Source: an uncultured Ignavibacteriaceae bacterium
GTDB lineage: Bacteria > Bacteroidota > Ignavibacteria > UBA10030
Assembly (NCBI GenBank): GCA_964579855.1
Contig: CAZOIM010000004.1
Location: forward strand, 24,198-48,197
Direction: 5' to 3'
Length of the DNA: 24,000 nucleotides
A program made the position numbers and the translations under genes. Below, one piece after another: positions 8,735-16,499 of the stretch; within the stretch, counting starts at the first letter, position 1, and every line of letters begins with the position of its first letter. A model generated the notes under the pieces. That model saw nothing but the letters and a program-made list of their open reading frames with translations. It had not been told where the DNA came from and made no database searches.

Positions 8735-9727
8735 CTACGATACTCCGTTCCCTCCCTTTTGTCCACTCGCCTGGAACCGGTCGTATGCATCGATTATTTC
8801 CTTCACGAGTCTGTGTCTCACGACATCATTGCGGTCCAAATACACGAACGACACGCCCTGGATGTCCTTAAGGACTGTCTGAATCTGGACCAAACCTGAT
8901 GTTGTGGAATTTGGCAAGTCAATCTGCGTAATATCGCCTGTAATGATTGCGCGAGAGTGCGCCCCAAGCCGTGTCAGGAACATCTTCATTTGAATTGCAG
9001 AAGCGTTCTGTGCCTCATCCAGAATGACAAAAGCATTGTGCAGGGTCCTCCCGCGCATGTACGCAAGAGGAACAATTTCGACAATCCGCTTTTCAATGTA
9101 GTCGCGCAGTTTCTCCGCAGAGAGCATATCCTCAAGAGCATCGTACAGAGGCCGCAAATAGGGATCGATTTTCTCCCGGATATCTCCAGGCAGGTATCCA
9201 AGACTTTCGCCAGCCTCCACCGCAGGTCTTGCAAGGACAATTCTCGTCACGTCGCGATTTCGGAGTGCGGCAACTGCGAACGCCACTGCAAGGTAGGTTT
9301 TTCCCGTTCCAGCCGGACCAATGGCAAACACAATATCGTTCTTCCGAACTTGCTGTACGTATAGTTTTTGACCAGGTGTGCGCGCTTTGATTACGCCGAC
9401 CTTTGTGAACAGGATCGATGAGTCCCCCTCTTCAGTGGATAGGTCGGTCTGCGGTTCAGTCGGAGCACCATTGACCGTGACAAGGTCAATCACCGTTGCC
9501 ACATCGTTTGGGGTGAGGTTCCCGTTCTTATTGAGGATATAGACGAGTTCTTTGAAGATCTTTTCGATTTTGGTTACTTCCGCTGCGGATCCCCGGAGAG
9601 TAACTTGATCCCCACGTACGGTCACATTCGCTTCAAATCGGTCTTCAATAACCTGAAGGTTCGCATCGTTGAAGCCAAGGAGTTGAACTGTGTCAACCCC
9701 ACTTAATTGAATTTTCTTTTCCGTCAA
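8735..9727 (-). CDS. phoH: PhoH-like ATPase (PhoH/YbeZ family)
   Basis: 330 aa. Walker A GPAGTGKTYLAVA, Walker B FVILDEAQN, and ITGDITQIDLP. The start codon is TTG (9727..9725), preceded by AGGAAAGGA. Confidence 0.9.
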   Translation of the reverse strand: MTEKKIQLSGVDTVQLLGFNDANLQVIEDRFEANVTVRGDQVTLRGSAAEVTKIEKIFKELVYILNKNGNLTPNDVATVIDLVTVNGAPTEPQTDLSTEEGDSSILFTKVGVIKARTPGQKLYVQQVRKNDIVFAIGPAGTGKTYLAVAFAVAALRNRDVTRIVLARPAVEAGESLGYLPGDIREKIDPYLRPLYDALEDMLSAEKLRDYIEKRIVEIVPLAYMRGRTLHNAFVILDEAQNASAIQMKMFLTRLGAHSRAIITGDITQIDLPNSTTSGLVQIQTVLKDIQGVSFVYLDRNDVVRHRLVKEIIDAYDRFQASGQKGGNGVS

Positions 9728-9751
9728 ATTCCTTTCCTCGGTCTGGTTGCA

Positions 9752-9794
9752 CCAAACAAAACGCCCTCTTCTCCTGTGAACGGAGTGAGGGCGT
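9752..9794 (-). terminator. Rho-independent terminator after the LysM gene
   Basis: Minus strand has ACGCCCTC (9794->9787), an 18-nt partly self-pairing loop, GAGGGCGT (9768->9761), then TTTGTTTGG. This is an 8-bp GC-rich stem with a T-rich tail, 57 nt after the stop codon. Confidence 0.7.
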
Positions 9795-9850
9795 CGTGAA
9801 TACTAAACAACGTCGAATGAACTTTTCAGGGCCGTTGCTGTTGTGCCTTT

Positions 9851-10603
9851 CTATGGATTAGAAGATGTTGCCTTCTTCTTGGACCAATACGAGCGCAACG
9901 CCGTTCTCTCAGCCTTGTTAAGGTCACCCTTTTCCGGGATTTGCAGCTTCTGACCTCTGTAAATGAGATCGGGGTTCTTAATCTGATCCCTGTTTCCCTG
10001 CCAAATTTTTGGCCAGAGGAACGCATTGTCATAAACCTTGGGTTTCTTGGCGATGTTCCACAAGCAATCTCTGTCCCTGGCCCATGTCCCAACTGTATAG
10101 GTCGACCCTGCTTTGCCAGCTTCGAGTGTCGTCTGAATGGTCTTCTTCAATGCATCCAATTTCGACTGGTCATCCTGGATACGTTTCGCAAATACGTCCA
10201 TCCCACTCATCGCATCTTTCTTGGCTGCATCGAGCCAGTTCTGAGCCGTATCTACTTCGGCCCGCCGAGCCCATAACTCCTGGTTAGAAAGCCTCGAGAG
10301 ATCATTGATCAGGTTATCGATTTTATCGAGCATCGCAGAAAACGGTGCTTCCTGATTTCCGACGAGCGCTGCAAGTTCATCTGATAGTTTCCTAATTTGA
10401 GCAGCCTTTTCGTCATCCTGTTTTTTAAGATTTGCAACGTCATTTTGGAGAGCCGTTAGTACATTCTTCAGGCTATCACGTTTCGACGTTTGCTCAGTCA
10501 TTTGACGCTGCCACTCCTCTTTTGTCATCTCCTGCGCGAACGCACCAACCGACACGATGACAACAAAGAGAACTGCCAGGCCTATTCGATTCGTCAATTT
10601 CAT
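9851..10603 (-). CDS. Secreted coiled-coil protein with a C-terminal LysM (YgaU/Kbp-subtype) peptidoglycan-binding domain
   Basis: I place the start at the ATG at 10603 (MKLTNRIGLAVLFVVIVSVGAFA|QE, a type-I signal peptide), which has AAGGAG 9 nt upstream. The ORF-track start at 10636 is a GTG abutting the upstream stop. About 160 aa are heptad-rich helix. The C-terminal YTVGTWARDRDCLWNIAKKPKVYDNAFLWPKIWQGNRDQIKNPDLIYRGQKLQIP matches the LysM pattern (..Y.n...y..I...N...i.nPd.IypGQ.L.IP). Confidence 0.75.
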   Translation of the reverse strand: MKLTNRIGLAVLFVVIVSVGAFAQEMTKEEWQRQMTEQTSKRDSLKNVLTALQNDVANLKKQDDEKAAQIRKLSDELAALVGNQEAPFSAMLDKIDNLINDLSRLSNQELWARRAEVDTAQNWLDAAKKDAMSGMDVFAKRIQDDQSKLDALKKTIQTTLEAGKAGSTYTVGTWARDRDCLWNIAKKPKVYDNAFLWPKIWQGNRDQIKNPDLIYRGQKLQIPEKGDLNKAERTALRSYWSKKKATSSNP

Positions 10604-10637
10604 TGATGGGGTCTCCTTCATCGGGGTTAAGGTCACG

Positions 10638-10898
10638 CTACTGGGGCTTCTGACGTTGTTGAACTGAGTTCTTGTCTTTGGTCAGTTGTGCAATCTGAGC
10701 ATCCTTGTCAGCGATGGATTTCTGCAAGGCAGCTTTTTGAGATTGTTCGCTGGAAATCTGGTTCTGAAGAGAAGTTATCTCGGCCTTAAGATCGTTCAAT
10801 TGCTTGATTTCTTGGTCGGATGGTTTGCTGCTGCAGCTCGTCAGCACCATTGCCATCATCGCGCATGCAACGAGCGTGAGAGCTATAGGCTTCTTCAT
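10638..10898 (-). CDS. Small coiled-coil lipoprotein (Lpp-like architecture)
   Basis: 86 aa. ATG with AAGGAG 8 nt upstream. The lipoprotein signal MKKPIALTLVACAMMAMVLTS|C has lipobox L-T-S-C. The mature 65 aa begin CSS and contain six uninterrupted heptads (IKQLNDL KAEITSL QNQISSE QSQKAAL QKSIADK DAQIAQL), with hydrophobic residues at heptad positions 4 and 7. Confidence 0.75.
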   Translation of the reverse strand: MKKPIALTLVACAMMAMVLTSCSSKPSDQEIKQLNDLKAEITSLQNQISSEQSQKAALQKSIADKDAQIAQLTKDKNSVQQRQKPQ

Positions 10899-10959
10899 AT
10901 GAGTATCTCCTTACGTGCAAAAAGTGATCAGCGCATTTTCTACGTATCCAACTTTAAGT

Positions 10960-10988
10960 AGTATACTGAAATGCAGTAAGAAAGTCAA
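10960..10988 (-). promoter_or_regulatory. Sigma70-like promoter of the lipoprotein/LysM pair
   Basis: Minus strand has TTGACT (10988->10983), an exact 17-nt spacer, then TATACT (10965->10960), about 60 nt upstream of the ATG at 10898. This is the best promoter match I found in the window. Confidence 0.6.
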
Positions 10989-11067
10989 GAAATTGGGGGC
11001 ATACATTCTCAATTGACGCAATATATTCCCTCGTTCTTTCAACCCAATAATGACTTCATAGCATTAA

Positions 11068-11793
11068 TCACAACAGCCCACGATCAGCGAAGCTCGTGAA
11101 CGATTCACCGGCCACGATAATGTGATCGTGTACGGGGATCCCCAGTATTTTTCCCGACTCTACCAGCTGTTTTGTTATGGCGATGTCTTCCTGACTTGGT
11201 TCAACATTTCCACTGGGATGATTATGAAGGAAAATGACACTGGCGGCACTCTGTTTCAATGCATCCTGAAAGCACTCTCGTGGATGCACCAGAGAAGAAT
11301 TCAACGTTCCGCTTGTAATCTTTGCATCGATGATTAGCCTGTTCGCAGACGTAAGAAGCAGTGCCCAGAATTCCTCGTGTTTCAAATCTCTTAATTTGGG
11401 CACATAAATGGCTGCGACATCTTCCGGGCTATGAAACACAGGCTTTTCTTTCCCAGAGCTCGCAGGAAGTCTCCGTGACAGTTCACAAGCAGCAATGATA
11501 GAAGTAGCTCTTGCCTTTCCTATCCCTTGTAACGCAAGGTCGTGAACAGTCATCTGCGCAACATCGCGCAATGTTCTTCCGTTTGAGAGAAGGTTCCTGG
11601 CGAGATCAAGGGCTGTCGCTCCCCTGTGTCCTGTCCGAATGAGAATTGCAAGAAGTTCCGCTTCGCTCAGGAGATTTGCCCCCTTTTGTTCCAGTTTTTC
11701 GCGGGGTCTGTCTCCTTCAGGCCAATCTTTTATCGTCGTCCGATACACTACTGCCTCGTCCACCACACCCGTTCCGTGTGGAAGTTGTTTCAT
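11068..11793 (-). CDS. radC: RadC-family JAB/MPN-domain protein (UPF0758)
   Basis: 241 aa. N-terminal IKDWPEGDRPREKL plus a helix-hairpin-helix region. C-terminal JAB motif FLHNHPSGNVEPSQEDIAITKQL. The start lies 2 nt after the upstream stop. Confidence 0.9.
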   Translation of the reverse strand: MKQLPHGTGVVDEAVVYRTTIKDWPEGDRPREKLEQKGANLLSEAELLAILIRTGHRGATALDLARNLLSNGRTLRDVAQMTVHDLALQGIGKARATSIIAACELSRRLPASSGKEKPVFHSPEDVAAIYVPKLRDLKHEEFWALLLTSANRLIIDAKITSGTLNSSLVHPRECFQDALKQSAASVIFLHNHPSGNVEPSQEDIAITKQLVESGKILGIPVHDHIIVAGESFTSFADRGLL

Positions 11794-11795
11794 GG

Positions 11796-13811
11796 TTATT
11801 TTGGCTCCGGCGAAGCCGACGATTGGGACAGATCGACCTCGCCAATTTTTGAAATGGTTCGATTCCTGAATTGAAGGATGGTAAGGAAGGAATTGACTCT
11901 GCGGTCTGTGAAAGAGACCGTGGAATGGAGACCTGGATAGCCCTTCAACCCCGGGAGCGCAGCTGCCAGATCATTCCTGATGGTGGCCCCCTTCTTGACG
12001 GTTTGGAGCAACAGTTCAATGGTGTCGTAGCCAAGCAAGGTATTCTTGCCGGGTTTCTTTCCGTGTGCCTTTTGGTATTTGGCATTGAACGATTTAAAGG
12101 CCTGCGATTCGGTATTCGTGTATGTGTCTGTCGAAAATATTGCTCCGTCAGTATATTGCCGATTTTCATCGAGTTCGGGAAGTTCATCCCAATCTTCCGT
12201 CCCCAACAGCATGGTCTGAAAATTGTAATATTTAATCTGGGAGGCAACGACACCTATTTCATCCGATGTCGCAATGGGAACAAACAAGGCGTCGATATTG
12301 TCGACAGGGATCGCAAGGCTGTCAAACTTCGGGGGAACGATGACGGTGGGAATTCCGAGAGAGTCGGCGATTTGCTTGCCGTTCTTGCCGAACAAGAATG
12401 TTACAGGCGCAGAAGCGTTGCGTTCGACAAGGGAATCGAGAATTTGTGACGGAACTCCCCATCGTTCCATACTTACCAAAGCAGCCTCCTTCATTCTTGC
12501 TGCAAAATCAACAACGGCAACCTCAGATTTCTCCAGAGCCGTCTTTCTCATGGCCAGGAGTTGTGGACGCATATCAGTCGATCCGGGGAAATACCATTCC
12601 ATGTCCACGAGTTCTCCACCAAGTTTCTTCACCTCATCAACAAAAGCATCCGCCAACGGTGCGCCTACCGAACCTTGTGATGCAAGCACTGCGAAACGCC
12701 TGGCGCCGCGTTGTTCATACGCGTAGCGGGCCATGGCGCGGCCCCGTGTTTCGAAATCCGGATTTGCCTGGAAGATGAACGGCCCCACAGCTGCAATGCC
12801 ATTGCGCGTCGCACTCGGCGTTATCAAAGGTACACCGCGCGCATTTGCAACACCGGCGGCGGCAAAAACATCCTCGCTTGACATCGGGCCTACGATCGCA
12901 ACAACAGCGTCAATGGAACATAAATCCGAGATCGTTCGAGAAGTCACACTCGGATCGCCTTCAGTATCGCGAATCTCAAGATTTATCTTGGGAATCGACT
13001 CAAGATTGTACTCGTCGACGGCCTGTTGGACTCCCTCCAGCGTTTCCAAGCCTGCCTTGGATGCACCTGGTCCTGCCTTGAGCATGAGCGGCAGTGCAAC
13101 ACCTATCTTTAGCACTCCACCCTTTTCGATCCTAGCAAGGAGTTGCACCGCTTCGGCCACATATTTTGTGTCAGGCGGCAGTGCCGTTACGGTGCGAAGG
13201 ATCACTTCTGCGTTTTTCACATCCCCGGTCTGGAATATTTTGTCCGCTATCGAGTAGTTCAAAAGAGCTTTGGTCACATTGATAGTGGCTACCGGTACCA
13301 TCATCTGCAATTCAGCGATCGTCAACTGGGACGATGCAAGAATCTCAAGCATTCGTTCGGAGATCGCCGTGAGTTTGGGCCTCCTCGTCATCTGACGGGC
13401 AACGAGAAATTCTCCCGCCGCATCCTCGTATCGTCCAAGTCGATAGTAATCCAACCCCAGTGTGTAATGGGCGTCATCGACGTATTGGGATTCCGGATAC
13501 ACATCCATTAAATCTTTCAACAGCTTGATTGATTCGCGGTAATTGCCGAGTTGATAGTAGGCTTTGGCCCCCATGATCGCCGCGCCGGTTGAACGATGAC
13601 TTCGCGGATATTCTTTCAGGATTCTCGAAAAAAGTGCACTGGCCGTGTCAAATCTCGACGAGGTGTAATTTTTCATCGCGTTGACGAAATCCTTTTCCAC
13701 ATCCTTCCGGAACAGTATGCTATCCTGTTGTATTGACGCCGTCGCTTCTGTGTAAATGAGTCCACAGAAGGGCAAGAAACAAAGCAGCAGCACTGAAGTG
13801 TTTCGGATCAT
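11796..13811 (-). CDS. Exported fusion protein: BamD/YbgF-type TPR domain plus type-I periplasmic binding protein (LivK/LpoA-like) domain
   Basis: 671 aa. Signal peptide MIRNTSVLLLCFLPFCGLIYTEATA. TPR repeats of the ...YP.S.y..dA.Y.LG..YY.lG.Y..A type (residues ~35-200). The PBP-I core reads LKIGVALPL...AVVAIVGPMSSEDVFAAAGVANARGVPLITPSAT...FIFQANPDFETRGRAMARYAY..GARRFAVLA, followed by a second lobe with insertions. Its ATG overlaps the upstream TGA (ATGA at 13811..13808). Confidence 0.75.
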   Translation of the reverse strand: MIRNTSVLLLCFLPFCGLIYTEATASIQQDSILFRKDVEKDFVNAMKNYTSSRFDTASALFSRILKEYPRSHRSTGAAIMGAKAYYQLGNYRESIKLLKDLMDVYPESQYVDDAHYTLGLDYYRLGRYEDAAGEFLVARQMTRRPKLTAISERMLEILASSQLTIAELQMMVPVATINVTKALLNYSIADKIFQTGDVKNAEVILRTVTALPPDTKYVAEAVQLLARIEKGGVLKIGVALPLMLKAGPGASKAGLETLEGVQQAVDEYNLESIPKINLEIRDTEGDPSVTSRTISDLCSIDAVVAIVGPMSSEDVFAAAGVANARGVPLITPSATRNGIAAVGPFIFQANPDFETRGRAMARYAYEQRGARRFAVLASQGSVGAPLADAFVDEVKKLGGELVDMEWYFPGSTDMRPQLLAMRKTALEKSEVAVVDFAARMKEAALVSMERWGVPSQILDSLVERNASAPVTFLFGKNGKQIADSLGIPTVIVPPKFDSLAIPVDNIDALFVPIATSDEIGVVASQIKYYNFQTMLLGTEDWDELPELDENRQYTDGAIFSTDTYTNTESQAFKSFNAKYQKAHGKKPGKNTLLGYDTIELLLQTVKKGATIRNDLAAALPGLKGYPGLHSTVSFTDRRVNSFLTILQFRNRTISKIGEVDLSQSSASPEPK

Positions 13812-14713
13812 AACGATGGGTTCTTCACTTTTTGGAGCACGATTCGTTTTCCTTCTCGTGCGCCAGGATTGGAAGGATCGATAGCAAGTACCTTATCAAA
13901 CAATTCCCCTGCCTGGGTGCGGTCACCGCGCTCAAGATAGAGGAAGCCGAAGTTCACCACCGCATCGGTAAACTTGGGATTAAGCTCGAGGGCTTTTCGC
14001 AGATAATGTTCCGCCTGATCGAGCTCACGGAGCGCGATGAGACATTCGCCGCATTTTTGCCAGGAGCGAGGTTCATTCGGATCCATGTCTGTTGCGACGA
14101 CGAATTCTTCGTAGGCACTTCTCCATTGTCTCGTCCGACTGAAGGCAATCCCCAGCAGGTAGTGTCCCATCCAACTGTATGGATCTTTCGACAACCCAGC
14201 CTGCAAGATCTCTATCACCTCACGCGTGTGGCCTCTTCTCAAGAGAATTTCTGACAACGCTTCGTCGATCTTCGGAAATTCCGGATTCAGTTCCCGCACC
14301 TTCCGAAGATGATGCTCTGCGAGACCCCAGCGATGCATCTGCACGTAAACAAGGCCAAGATTAAAGTGAACACGGGACTGGAATTCGGTATCGAGCACCG
14401 CCTCGTTCTCGTGCAGCCGTCGAAAATATGTAAGGGCGCCGTGGTTATCGTGGGTCTGAAGGTGAAGAACGCCAAGAAGAAAGATGATTTCTTTTTTCTC
14501 AGGGACATACTCGAGTGATTCGAGAAGCAGTTTTTCTGCGGAGTCGAGCCTCTGAAGATGGCAGTAGATCTTGAAAAGCTCAACCCAGGGCTCTGTCAGC
14601 CCGGGTGCTGCACTTATCAATTGCTTATAGATCTGGATTGCGTGGAGAGATTTTCCGTCATCCACGTACGAGCGCGCTTGTTCCAGCAATCCAAACAATG
14701 TTGGTTCATCCAT
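13808..14713 (-). CDS. Tetratricopeptide-repeat protein with no signal peptide
   Basis: 301 aa made of roughly eight consecutive 34-residue TPR units (e.g. WMGHYLLGIAFSRTRQWRSAYEEFVVATDMDPNE; WQKCGECLIALRELDQAEHYLRKALELNPKF). The N-terminus is hydrophilic. Confidence 0.8.
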   Translation of the reverse strand: MDEPTLFGLLEQARSYVDDGKSLHAIQIYKQLISAAPGLTEPWVELFKIYCHLQRLDSAEKLLLESLEYVPEKKEIIFLLGVLHLQTHDNHGALTYFRRLHENEAVLDTEFQSRVHFNLGLVYVQMHRWGLAEHHLRKVRELNPEFPKIDEALSEILLRRGHTREVIEILQAGLSKDPYSWMGHYLLGIAFSRTRQWRSAYEEFVVATDMDPNEPRSWQKCGECLIALRELDQAEHYLRKALELNPKFTDAVVNFGFLYLERGDRTQAGELFDKVLAIDPSNPGAREGKRIVLQKVKNPSL

Positions 14714-14753
14714 GGTTGGGATGAAAAATAGTGGAAGACTTCTTGAATAGCAA

Positions 14754-16457
14754 TCAGAAATCTCGACGCAGGGAGTTCATTCCAAAGGAGAAAGAGAATC
14801 CAATAAGCGCTGTGGAGAGCATCGCGACGATTGTGCCGGGTATGACGATGGTCGCCGGATCGAACTCACGAAATACGAAGATGAACTGAAAATAGGAATT
14901 GAGTGGCAGAATGAGAACTGTGATCGTCGCAATCAAGTACAAAAGCGTCGCGAGAAACGTCAGCGTCGCTCCCTGAGATGAAGCAATGCGGATTGGGTTT
15001 TTCTCCGCATAATTCGCGAAGAAGCCTCCAAAACCAAGATTCATAGCGACCATCGTTACCGATAACCAAAATGCAGTAAAAACTCCCGAATACATCAACA
15101 GAGGGCGGCTCGCGCTGAGGCGAACGAATGGTATGTTCGTCGCAACAGCAACAATCATTGCCAGGACAATAACGGCGCCCAGGCCGAGAACGAATTTCAC
15201 CCTGTATATCTTGCTCCGCTCGATGGGAGAACTCAGCAAAAGCCAGAATGATTTTCCCTCGAGGCTCACCATGGGAAACACAAACCGGAGCGCAATGGAA
15301 CTGGTAAGGAAGCCACCAAACGAGAACAACACAAGATACGTCACCAGTTGCACATCCGTCACACGCAGCCGGAGATTGAGATTACCCACGGCAAACACGA
15401 AAATTGACGTGAGCATCACCATGACTAGAAAATGGATCCATTGGCTCGGTTCCCTGATGAATTGGAAATACTCTTTTTTCAGAAGCGCTTCTGTTTGTGG
15501 TGGCAACATGGAGTTGCTCCTGAAGTCGAACCATCGCTTGACGTCACTGGTGTAAGGGACGCTTGATGCGGCCTGGACCTGGAGCGATACAAGCCAACTT
15601 CTATAATAGAATTTTCGCGCGACGAAAAGAGTCAGCAGGAAGACTCCTGTGGTCACGCAAAGCAACAGCGCGACATTGGCCATGCCGGACCAGAATGCGC
15701 CGCTGGCAAGATCGTAGAGGAATGTAGAGACCCACTGATTGGGCAGATATTTCAGAAAACCCGGCTGAAATCCTGTCAACGGACTTTCCATTGTCTGAAG
15801 ATTCTTGTTGACTTGCTCAACCAATCCGATTGGATTGAATGCATTGAAATACATGAATACCATTCCAAAATAGATCAGGAATAGGATCCCCATGACCTTC
15901 CGAAAACCAATCTTGCTGGCAAGTTTCATGATTGCCATAAGAACCAGTACTGCAACGCTGGCGGAGAGGAACATGAATGGTACCAGCACTGCTAACAAGA
16001 CAAAGGGATAAAAATACCACGGGTAATGAAAAAACGATCCATATCCGCAAATGACCATGAAGGCGACAAGAAACAACGTGGTGGAACTGTACAAAAAATT
16101 ATCGAGGAACTTGAGTATGAAGACGGTTGTGTATTCGACCGGTTTGGTAAGTAAATATCCGACTTCTGCAGACCTGTACAAGGTCGCGTAGGAAACAATA
16201 ATATTGCCCAGATTCACCGTCACAAAGAAAATGAACAGCAACATTGAAAGAAACTGGTGGAATAAGAAAAGGCCCGCACGCATTTGACGCACGACAAACT
16301 CCGTGCTGCCGCGGGCCAGATAGAATGCCCCGACGGAAAATCCGGCAAAGACCAATAACGAACCGATTCCCCGGACGATGGATACAGATTTCAGATCAAA
16401 TGTCGCTTTGACAAAAGAGATGAATTTGTAGCGGAGTATGTGGAGAAGAATGTCCAA
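14754..16457 (-). CDS. Fused two-module (about 12 TM) putative ABC-exporter permease
   Basis: 567 aa and very hydrophobic. The two halves share a motif: SAEVGYLLTKPVEYTTVFILKFL (res ~96-118) and SLEGKSFWLLLSSPIERSKIYRVKFV (res ~399-423). It lies directly downstream of the ABC ATPase (42-nt gap). The start codon is TTG (16457..16455). No in-frame ATG occurs until residue 59, so the exact start is uncertain. Confidence 0.7.
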   Translation of the reverse strand: MDILLHILRYKFISFVKATFDLKSVSIVRGIGSLLVFAGFSVGAFYLARGSTEFVVRQMRAGLFLFHQFLSMLLFIFFVTVNLGNIIVSYATLYRSAEVGYLLTKPVEYTTVFILKFLDNFLYSSTTLFLVAFMVICGYGSFFHYPWYFYPFVLLAVLVPFMFLSASVAVLVLMAIMKLASKIGFRKVMGILFLIYFGMVFMYFNAFNPIGLVEQVNKNLQTMESPLTGFQPGFLKYLPNQWVSTFLYDLASGAFWSGMANVALLLCVTTGVFLLTLFVARKFYYRSWLVSLQVQAASSVPYTSDVKRWFDFRSNSMLPPQTEALLKKEYFQFIREPSQWIHFLVMVMLTSIFVFAVGNLNLRLRVTDVQLVTYLVLFSFGGFLTSSIALRFVFPMVSLEGKSFWLLLSSPIERSKIYRVKFVLGLGAVIVLAMIVAVATNIPFVRLSASRPLLMYSGVFTAFWLSVTMVAMNLGFGGFFANYAEKNPIRIASSQGATLTFLATLLYLIATITVLILPLNSYFQFIFVFREFDPATIVIPGTIVAMLSTALIGFSFSFGMNSLRRDF

Positions 16458-16499
16458 ACTATCAAAAACCTCTGATTCTTGACCGAGTATGCAAGCTTG

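Noticed and set aside
7696-11793. Possible prophage remnant or genomic island next to tRNA-Ala, since MazG, PhoH and RadC families are all common in phage genomes
   Set aside because: There is no integrase, recombinase, capsid, tail or terminase gene. I could see no repeat of the tRNA 3' end that would mark an att site. The three genes are full-length cellular-type versions interleaved with housekeeping genes and ncRNAs.
12274-13257. Two consecutive plus-strand ORFs (12274..12726 and 12733..13257) antisense to the TPR+PBP gene, not in the codon-aligned frame
   Set aside because: Their products are Ser/Thr/Ala/Pro/Arg-rich with no motifs. They have no upstream promoter or RBS. The opposite-strand protein has clear family signatures throughout the same interval.
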